Source of the DNA: Cyanidioschyzon merolae
Lineage: Eukaryota
Length of the DNA: 64,000 nt
Direction: 5' to 3' (one strand)
Assembly: GCA_000091205.1 (NCBI GenBank)
Contig: AP006495.2
The notes under the pieces were generated by a model. It searched no databases. It had not been told where the DNA came from and worked only from the letters and a program-made list of their open reading frames with translations. The position numbers and the translations under genes were made by a program. Below, in pieces: positions 55,796-64,000 of this stretch (position 1 is the stretch's first letter; each line of letters starts with the position of its first letter).

Positions 55796-58021
55796 GCTGA
55801 ATACCGATGGCTTGCCACGAGCCGTTCGTCTCATGTGTGCTCGCCTCTGCTGCCTTGGACGTCCGTCGCAGACGGAACAACGAGTGAGCGGAACGCAGCA
55901 GGTGCGTTGAAAGTTTGCCTGCTCGCGACTGCTCAAACAATAAGGCCCTAATAACGTTTTGATGAATCTTTCTACCGAGATGTGTTTTCGGAAAGTGCAC
56001 GGCGCACGTTCGGTGCTCGAGTCATTGAGCAGTTACCCGCTTTGCGAGCTATTCTCGCAAACGCGAAGGTGATGTATTCCAGCAATGTATGCTGCATCTC
56101 CTGCGAAAAGGAGCTTCGAACGTCCCGTAGGCCTCTGGAATACAACGTCTCCTCCAGTGCTGCTACATGGACACAGGGAATCGCATGTAAGCGCCATGCT
56201 GGGGCACACGTTCGGTGCCGTGTTGGAAAATGCCCCTCTGTCACGCCACGAGGAAAGAGGGTCAAACTTTTGGACGGCATGCGGGCAACGATAGCCGCAC
56301 TGGATCACTTTACAATACCATGTGTGATTGTAAATAAGTGTTCACGGGCGACTACCATGCCAACCGCCATGACATCACTTATCTAAGCAGCTCTGATAGT
56401 TCGCCTTAAGCGAGACGACACCGAAGCGCATGGTGTTGAATTACTCAAAGATACCTATGAAAAAGTTTCCACGAGCTGTGCTCACAACATCCGCAATGAG
56501 ATAACAATTCTGAGTAGGACTTGCATTTACCCCAAACCCACGTTATGATTATGGAATGGAGCGGGTCCGTTCATCTACATCGTGCACACATTCTAAAGTT
56601 TTGTATGCTTCCCAGTTTCATCAACACAAGCATTTGCGGGCCTTCTCAGCGACTGTTTCCTTTCCCTCTCTCTACGATCTAGCTTCCAATACGCTGTTCT
56701 CTCTTGCTGCTCCAGCACGGTTGTCAGCAGTTGAAGCGTGCCGATGCCAGTGCCCGATTCACAATTTTACTCCTTCCATTTTGCTGTCTATGCAGGCCAT
56801 GCACGGATGCCAGTGCCCGATTCACACTGCCCGTGACATTTTCATCATCTCTGTAGACAGCGTCGATGCACTCGCAGCAGCGATGACACCTGACTTTAAC
56901 GGGACGCTCTCCTGTGTCTACCGAACCTCCTCGTCATCTGAGCGCCGACCTGCGACCAGAGACGTTCGCTTCGTCGCTCGCTACAAGCGCCTGACGGGTC
57001 CAGAAGACTCATCGCAATGCTCTCCTCGGCTTCCGCGTGCGATGCGGTACCCTGCGCTGACGGACTGCCCCCAGACTATCCCCTTGGCGAGTGCTCTGTC
57101 CGATGCATGCGCAAGCGCGTTATGTTCTTTTTGATGGATGATTTCTCGTGCGCGAGGTTGTCCATGATAAAACAAGTACCGGAACGAACATGCAGGCTGG
57201 AGATCAAGTCGAGCGCTTTGGATCCGCGTACGCTCCCTCGTTGCAAAACGATAACGTACGCTGCACTCGGAGCGATCGCTTTGATCACTAAAATCCGAGT
57301 CCAAAGCCCCGCTTTCCACCCAAACAGACGATACGAGAGCCTTCTGATAGCGTTTCCAGCTACAGGTATGATGTTGGCCCCGAATAACGTCTCGTCAATG
57401 GCCGGAAAAATAGTATGATTCCGGTTTCGAACGGAGTCGGTTATTTTTCGTGACAAGGTCAGTGAAAGTTCGACACGAGCTCGTGAACGACTCGTCCCTG
57501 GTCAACGTCGCGTATTCCTCAATGCCAACGAAGGGGCGTGAATGATTGCACACATACGTTGGTTCAAACTAGATAGATCGAGAGTTTGAGGAATGTGTGA
57601 TAGGAGCATACTGCACGTAAGAAAACTACAAGACTTGGCGCTTGTACGAAGGAATTGCTTCATGATGCAGATTATGTAACGAACCCGTGTTCAAGGACGT
57701 TGCGAATGACCCTGAATCCGGTGAAATCACGAATTCTTGCAGCAAGGCGTCGAGTGAGCCTCGCCCAACCGATATCCGAGAAACCTAAAACGAACCATAC
57801 ATCCGTAAGCCCTAATTACTGCACTTCGAATATTTGGGTTATGCTTCTCGAAACAAGTTCGAAAGAAATTCCAAGGCAGGAGCAGAGCCAGCAATACAGC
57901 ATTCCGTGGTAATCGGACGCACGTGTGTCGACCGGACAGCCCCAGCATCCAGATTCGTCGCATCGCTAGGCACCTCGCTGTTTCGAAATCCCCCAACGTG
58001 CAGCTCCAGTTTTCATTTCAT

Positions 58022-58591
58022 TTACAGAGAACAAGGAGATCGGATTTTTGGTCTGGAGCAGTCCAGCTCATTCCACGGAAAGTGAACGAACAATCCGAGA
58101 CCCTGAAAAGCACACCTGCTCGATCGTCTATGTTCATGTGAGGGTTTTCGATGCGTCATAGAAAGATACGCATACAAGCGATGAAAAGCGGTCATACATC
58201 TTGCGGCGCTGCTACCGTCAAGCGACACATCTCGGTCCATGATAGGATTCGGACCCCAAGTCGATGCACTCGCTGCAAATGCTAGCGCCACGATGTGAAG
58301 AGCAATGCAATGAAGCAGCTGGGTGACGAACGCTTGCGTTTGCGCGGGTGCTGGGTCGTCACCATCACCGTCACCATCACCGTCACCATCACCGTCACCA
58401 TCACCGTCACCATCACTACTACTCTTACGACTACCATGCGGTGTGCCGGAGCAGCTGTCCAGCCATGGATCAGCGCATGCGAGCAATACCGCGGTCAAAG
58501 CGATGGAATGCAGCTGTGCTAGCCCCAGTGCGCAGTAAAGAAGCAGAACAGAAGCAGAATTTGAAGTATACTCTGGTCCACTCTTGGCCAA
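58022..58591 (-). CDS. Hypothetical small membrane protein carrying a (Gly-Asp)n repeat
   Basis: Two hydrophobic helices flank (GD)10 encoded by the hexanucleotide-based repeat at 58357-58416. Could be a real lineage-specific gene or an ORF created by the repeat. Confidence 0.2.
   Translation of the reverse strand: MAKSGPEYTSNSASVLLLYCALGLAQLHSIALTAVLLACADPWLDSCSGTPHGSRKSSSDGDGDGDGDGDGDGDGDGDDPAPAQTQAFVTQLLHCIALHIVALAFAASASTWGPNPIMDRDVSLDGSSAARCMTAFHRLYAYLSMTHRKPSHEHRRSSRCAFQGLGLFVHFPWNELDCSRPKIRSPCSL
58357..58416. repeat. (GTCACCATCACC)5 12-mer tandem repeat
   Basis: gtcaccatcaccgtcaccatcacc... x5; gives (GD)n on the minus strand and (HHHR)n on the plus strand. Confidence 0.85.
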
Positions 58592-58636
58592 TGGAGCGAA
58601 CCATCTACCCAGGCAAACGCGCGTATGCGAGTGCTG

Positions 58637-60451
58637 TTACAAGTACCGCTGTCGGGCTGCATCCTTGTCAGCACCACGGTTCAACGCTTCGGTTGAAGCA
58701 GTCTCGTGACCCCAGAGCAGGCGCACGGAACCCGTGTACCAGAGGATCCGGGAGATATCCCAGCCCGCTTCGCGGAGCTGTCCGAGGAGCGGATGTGGGT
58801 CCGGTGGCGGCCAGTCACGTCCACCTGACTGCCACACGTGCAGCAGCGCCTGCAGAATGTCCACCACCTGTGCATCACAATGGAGAGCGATAAGGAAGTC
58901 ATCAGCGCGACCCTGGGTTCGGTGATAAGGACGACGTGCCCGTCGTGCCAACAAGTACCGAAGCTTTGGATCGCCCAGAAAACGTTCCCAACCGGCTGGC
59001 TTTTCAGTGGAATGCGCTGTTGCGCCATCTCCGGACTTGCTCGAAATCGTGGCACGGGCAAGATGCTCAGGGCGTCCCTGCCCTGTTCCTTCGTACGGAT
59101 CCGAAAGTAACTCATTTAGCGAGTTCACGAAGCGAATCCGATATACATGAGACCAGGGTCTCAGAAAAGACTTTTGCTCTGCTGCATTTGCCTCGGCGAT
59201 GGACGGCACTCGCTTACCGCTACTCGCGGTGTAAACGTTCAAAACGTATTCGAGGCGCGTTCGGTTCAACGTGCGCAGCTCGAGTCGAATGACGCTCTGG
59301 TACGTCGCATACAAATGTCCTGCACTGAGTAATCCATACGCCATCACCAGAGCAGAGGCATCGTGACTTGTTACTGCGGAGACCGCGATGCCGGCTCCGA
59401 TCCCGGACAGACGCCCGACCACTACTTGAGATTCACTTTTCGACGACACGTCGCCGCTATTATTTCGAATGCTGAAATGATAGAGAAACACGCGATATGC
59501 TGGGCCCGTTGCAACATCCGCAGCCTTGCGAAGCAGGTTCCCGGTCGAAGCTAGAGCCAAAAACCAGGGTGGAAACGCCAGCGTCAGCATTTCGAAGAGC
59601 GTGCCCAGCGCCATCACAAAGTCACCGTAGAAACGGAAACGTTTCGGATCGTTATCCACGCGCGGTGCGAGCTGCGTAGCCAAAGCTACTTTTGCAAAAT
59701 AACCAAGGCCGTCTTTCAGTATCCACTTCCAGGCAGCAGCGAGAGGCAGCGCGCTTGCTCCCCCGACACCCAGAGCCAGAAGCATGGACTGGGTTCCAAG
59801 AACCTCTGCCGCCTCTAGCAGTGTATGTCGCAGGATATTCCAGCGCCAAAACCGATCATAATCGCTCGACACAGCTGAAGGATAGTCGGCGGGTAGCAGT
59901 AGTGTTTGCACGAGGCGCTGAGGCCAGTTCTCAGGCCGGGTCACGGCAGTGCCGGCTGGTGGCTCAGGGACGACTCGCCAGTGCCGCTGTTCTTCGTCGT
60001 GCAAGAAGACCCTGCTGCGCCCACTTGCTTGATTTCTCTCTTCGATAAAGTATTTCGCGAAAAGGGCGCTTCTGCTCCAGCTGCTCTGTGAAGCGCGTGC
60101 TCGTCTGCGAGGCCACAGCTGTGTAGCCTCGTTCAAGCCGCTGCACCCGCCGTGAACGTAAGCGCTGAGCTGCTGCAAACGCTTTCGGTCCATGCACCCA
60201 GACAGAGAAGGGTGAACGTTCGACACGGGTAGCACCGAAGCGCTTGCAAGATCATATAATCCTTGAAGCACTGCGGTCTTGCACGAGCGCCTGCCGCAAG
60301 CCACGAAGAGCTGTTCCCGTAAAGTTTGAACGCAATGTTTCGGGACAACGGCTGCATGTGATCGCGTGCTATCTGGTACTGCACAGCAGGAGCTCGAAAA
60401 GACGATGCAATGTACCGTATAGAACATAGACGAATAGCCTGTTGGATACAT
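58637..60451 (-). CDS. RUS (root UV-B sensitive) / DUF647 family protein
   Basis: Collinear matches to the RUS1/RUSF1 core: WILKDGLGYFAKV (VLKDGAGRVGKM), FYGDFVMALGTLFEML (FAGDLLMELGAGVEL), NNSGDVSSKSESQ (ENIGDVTAKGE), LNRTRL (LNRARF). Confidence 0.65.
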   Translation of the reverse strand: MYPTGYSSMFYTVHCIVFSSSCCAVPDSTRSHAAVVPKHCVQTLREQLFVACGRRSCKTAVLQGLYDLASASVLPVSNVHPSLSGCMDRKRLQQLSAYVHGGCSGLNEATQLWPRRRARASQSSWSRSALFAKYFIEERNQASGRSRVFLHDEEQRHWRVVPEPPAGTAVTRPENWPQRLVQTLLLPADYPSAVSSDYDRFWRWNILRHTLLEAAEVLGTQSMLLALGVGGASALPLAAAWKWILKDGLGYFAKVALATQLAPRVDNDPKRFRFYGDFVMALGTLFEMLTLAFPPWFLALASTGNLLRKAADVATGPAYRVFLYHFSIRNNSGDVSSKSESQVVVGRLSGIGAGIAVSAVTSHDASALVMAYGLLSAGHLYATYQSVIRLELRTLNRTRLEYVLNVYTASSGKRVPSIAEANAAEQKSFLRPWSHVYRIRFVNSLNELLSDPYEGTGQGRPEHLARATISSKSGDGATAHSTEKPAGWERFLGDPKLRYLLARRARRPYHRTQGRADDFLIALHCDAQVVDILQALLHVWQSGGRDWPPPDPHPLLGQLREAGWDISRILWYTGSVRLLWGHETASTEALNRGADKDAARQRYL

Positions 60452-60551
60452 ATTCTTTATGGAAGTGTGCGCACGGAAGACTGTATCCCTCCTTCAGGTC
60501 AGTCATCATATTGTACGGTGATGCTTGAGGAGCCCTGAAAGACATCGATAG

Positions 60552-61840
60552 ATGCGCGCTGCAGGAAAAGCTGGCATTGTCGATGACTGGGCAATGGTAG
60601 ACAGCGGCCCGTTGATCACCTTACGGAAAGCAAAAGCGACGATAGAAAGCACAACGGCTGTCCCTGTTTCTCAACAGCTTGTTTATGTGGTCGTGAATAC
60701 ACCGGGATACAGTGACAAAAAAGTCCCAGGTTTTGCATGGCCATCTTGCCCCGAAACAGCAACCAAAGAGTTCCCGGAATCTCACTATCCATGTAATGGA
60801 GAGGGAACTCGGTTTGTTTTCCCAGTCAATGAGGCTTGCTTCGGACGAAATGATCGAAGCGTTCATGGGTATTCGAGGTGAAGCGAGCCTGTTGTATGTA
60901 CGATCGAACTCGTAGAGAATGAGAACATCACCATCTGTTCTTGCTGTCGTAGACTGATTCGGCGGCCTCAGTTTCGCTTGTATACATGGCTCGAAGAACA
61001 GAACCCACTTCATCGAATCATTGAAGACCTGTCCCTGACGTCTGGCGACGTCCCTCTACCGGACGACATGGTACTCTACCATTCTCCTGACGTTCGACCT
61101 TCCTCCGATTCTGCCGGGACGTAGCTGCTTTTGATTCCTACGTACTCTCCGTGCTTCAACTCCATCGCAGGAGTAGTTTCTATTGTGAAACGTGTGATGA
61201 TCGCTCCACTGGGCAAATCGATGAAGCATTCAGCACACTGTGACATATCGGCGGCATATCTCGCCTTCTTCCGAAAGTCCTTCACGCTCCGGGGCGGTCG
61301 CCGCGTAGCGGCATAAACAAGTGCGTTCATTTGAAGAAATGAAAAATCCAGGGAAAAGGTATGAACATGGGCGTCGAAGATCCCGGCGAGCCGTCATCAC
61401 CGGATTCGACAACATGAAAACGAAAACATCCTCTTCTGGCGGCCCATCGAGCGAAGGAATGCAGGTGACGAAGATGAAGATGAAAAAAGGGAGATACGCG
61501 TGTAAAGTCGCTTGCCCAACGGGACGACGACGAGACTCTTGCGGCACAGAAGGCACAAGTTCTGGCAATCCTTGCATTGGTTAGTTCACCCAGATGAAAT
61601 AAACGCGTGGATTTCGTGTGCAGAGACTTCAATGCCGCCATTCATATTAGACGATGTGTGGTGCTGAAGACACGACTCGCAGAGCGGACGCGATCCAATA
61701 TTGTGGAGCAGCTTGTCAGGCTCGAAACGCACGAGGAGAAGTTGCAGCCGATAGCAATCGACAGGTCGGCAAAGGCTGCACGGCGTCTTTCCGCCTGTAT
61801 TGATTTACCGTGTGGTTGCGAAACGTCTTTGCTCCGTTGA
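60552..61840 (+). pseudogene. TnpB/Fanzor-like relic, plus strand (RuvC-II, Zn-knuckle and RuvC-III pieces in different frames)
   Basis: ORF 61321-61584 has AVITGFDNMKTK (degenerate vv.EdLn.k.m) and a RYACKVACPTG knuckle. A frameshift is followed by ORF 61607-61840, VCRDFNAAIHIRRCVVLKTR...NIVEQLVRLETHEEKLQ, collinear with ...NRDSNAAINTRRCAVLETR...NFVEQPLKVVLCEKKLE of the 41.3 kb relic. The GTG start shown by the track is an artefact of alternative-start calling. Confidence 0.35.
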
Positions 61841-63443
61841 GCATGTATTGACGCGTGTGATAAGAGGAGAGATAATGGAAGCGTCGAATCTCCAGTATGT
61901 GGATGACGCTCCCTCAAACAACACAGATTGCCAGCCTGGGCACTCGGTGCGCCGCGTTTCCGAGCCTCTTCGGCACCGTTATCAGGAAAAATGGAACAGG
62001 TCTACAGATCTACTGCAGAGGTATACACTAGAATGAGGGTCTCTTCCCGCTGTCATCGATATCTGTCGTTGTGGACATTACCCGTGACTGCTTCTCATGC
62101 CTGGCTCCGAGCTCCGTATTGAAATACACCGATCTCTCATGTGGATCCAGCCGAATGTTTCGCTGTCAAAGGATGTTCATAGCAGCTTTCATGCCTCGAT
62201 TTCATGGCATCGGGCTGTAGTGAATGCATTACATGCATAGGTAGAAGCTCCGGTCTACACATCGCTTGCCATTGTCACCATCATCATCGTTGTATCCAGG
62301 CTGTGTGCGACGTATACAACGGACACACAGGGCTATGGTCTGGTGTTACCGTATACGCAGCACACCATGCGCTGCGACAGCAAACGTACGGCGGAAACAA
62401 GCGTGAGTCTACCGACTTGTTCAAGGAGCTGCAAAAAGGAAACGACTGAAAATTCCCTTCGTATCGTGGTAGCCTAAGTTGCTGGACGCATTGGAGCGCG
62501 CATGGTTGCTTTCCTGATCCTCGAACAAAAACACGTACTACGAGAGTACGAATATCGATACCGCACGATTGCCATGGATGAATTCAGGACGGCACCCGGG
62601 TAACAAGAGCACAAGTTCGCACCGAGGCCGCCAGATGGAAACAGAGTGAACCGGGGCTCCATGCACGACCACTTGCAACGCAAACTGGCTGAACATGATT
62701 TGGGAACCGATCGTCGGTGAAAATCTTGCGTTTGTCGGATTCCAGCACCAAAAGTGTACCCAAAAGCACTTTCTGCTCTCTGGCTCGGACGCCTCGATCA
62801 ATATCCGATAATGTCTGATGCTTCATGATCGTCCAAGGGCTTCGTGTCCAGCGAACTTTGGACTGGATGTTTTTATTACCAGTCTGAGCATTGTGCGGAA
62901 ACGCTGCATATTTCCGATGGAAAACATCAGTATCTCGAAGAGCGTTCATTGGATTCCCGCGCGGTGCACGGCACCTATATGGTACGGTCACTCATCCGGA
63001 ATCGCTAAAGTGGCATACCGAGACTCCCGCCACCATATTCCTGGTGCATTTTTCGAACGACCATCATAATGCATCTTCCGATATTCTTGAGTATACCAGG
63101 CGACGTAAGCTGCTTTACGACGTATCCCGCCGCACTACGGAAATGCTCACCAGCGTCGATGACAACAACTTGTTGCGGATGCGTGAGCAGCGCTCATCCG
63201 TACTCCTGCTGTGCCACACTTCCAGCGCTCTCAAAACAGCGCTTCCGCACAACACCAGGACGCATCTTCACAACACAAGCACGCGCTGTTCATGATGCGA
63301 GCATCCGCATGTTGCCCTTGCCTTGAACGGCACTCGCGGGTATCGCCCTGAACACTGCGTCTCTAGAGCATGTATTCGCGGAACACATCCCCGCGGAAAC
63401 CGCGCTTGCCATCCTACCACAGCACACCCCGTTTATTCGGATT

Positions 63444-63989
63444 TCACGAAGATTTTCTGGTCATTTCGTGGAGCCAGTCCAAATACGCGGGTAAGCCGCC
63501 CTGAATCGGAAGAAACAAAACCTCAGGCACCTGATAGGGATGAACTTTCCGAATGGTATCGATTACGGCGTCCTGCAATTCAGACCTCGTCTTCATGATG
63601 AGGAGACTTTCCTTGTCGTTGTGAATCTTGCCCTCCCACCAGTACATAGACTGTACGCCAGGCACAATGTTGACGCAGGCAACAAGGTGCGCTGAGAGCA
63701 GCGCCTGTGCGATGCTCTCCGCTGTGGCGGCCTCGGGCGCTGTGCAGAGCGCCAATACCGCTGAAGCCCCGGTTTCCGTCCTTTCCCTGAAGAATGCGGT
63801 TAGTTTTGGTTCTCTAAACCAAGTCATCATACTGAAGCTGAGAACGAATAAGCTGGCGTAAAGAACATACGTTTTGGCTGCTTGCCACGAACTCATAGTC
63901 AAGGCGTGTCGGTGTCCAGCGGAATGCGGTATCCCGCGACGGAGCCGTACCAACACCACTGTACGAGCAGCGCTTTCGCAAGTACACAA
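63444..63989 (-). CDS. CUTA: CutA divalent-cation tolerance protein homologue with N-terminal membrane/targeting extension
   Basis: AQALLSAHLVACVNIVPGVQSMYWWEGKIHNDKESLLIMKTRSELQDAVIDTIRKVHPYQVPEVLFLPIQGGLPAYLDWL matches the CutA1 core (LVACVN..PGI.S.Y.WKG.I..D.E.L...KT......L...V...HPYEVPE....P). The N-terminal ~60 aa are hydrophobic, and the gene may extend past the window edge. Confidence 0.7.
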   Translation of the reverse strand: MCTCESAARTVVLVRLRRGIPHSAGHRHALTMSSWQAAKTYVLYASLFVLSFSMMTWFREPKLTAFFRERTETGASAVLALCTAPEAATAESIAQALLSAHLVACVNIVPGVQSMYWWEGKIHNDKESLLIMKTRSELQDAVIDTIRKVHPYQVPEVLFLPIQGGLPAYLDWLHEMTRKSS

Positions 63990-64000
63990 AGCACCTTGTC

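Noticed and set aside
58348-58893. 181-aa plus-strand ORF with (HHHR)n
   Set aside because: It is the antisense reading of the (GTCACCATCACC)5 repeat, low-complexity throughout, and overlaps the minus-strand ORFs.

Overview
The window reads as nuclear DNA from a GC-rich (roughly mid-50s %), intron-poor eukaryote. My guess at the lineage is a carotenoid-making alga or protist, because a stand-alone phytoene synthase and a class I haem peroxidase are present; this is inference only. About twenty credible single-exon housekeeping genes are separated by long non-coding spacers. They include: RNase P subunit Rpp30, an MRS2/CorA Mg2+ channel, a ~1100-aa M16-type (HxxEH) metallopeptidase, pyridoxamine-phosphate oxidase, pterin-4a-carbinolamine dehydratase, ascorbate/cytochrome-c peroxidase, TFIIH p52, adenylosuccinate synthetase, a prefoldin beta subunit, a TBCC-domain protein, phytoene synthase, GAPDH, a mitochondrial carrier, a Dph1/Dph2-family protein, a 2OG-Fe(II) oxygenase, a RUS/DUF647 protein and CutA. 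No rRNA and no CRISPR array were found. The most notable content is mobile-element debris. There are four independent, decayed relics of TnpB/Fanzor-like RuvC nucleases (eukaryotic OMEGA-type RNA-guided nuclease genes). One is a ~2.2 kb AT-rich island at 41.3-43.5 kb. One is a ~1.3 kb TnpB-like relic at 25.1-26.3 kb. Two are shorter fragments near 54.0 kb and 60.5-61.8 kb. Other mobile or repeated DNA includes a three-copy poly-A-tailed SINE-like retroposon family, one copy of which has a clean 12-bp target-site duplication. There is also a pair of 750-bp ~98.6 %-identical direct repeats 14.3 kb apart, a tRNA-like pol III unit of atypical length, and several tandem repeats and microsatellites, some inside coding regions. 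The ORF track evidently accepts alternative start codons, so track 'M' starts are not necessarily ATG. Near 41640 my reading of the printed text differs by one G from what the track translation implies, so coordinates I derived by hand may be off by ±1.
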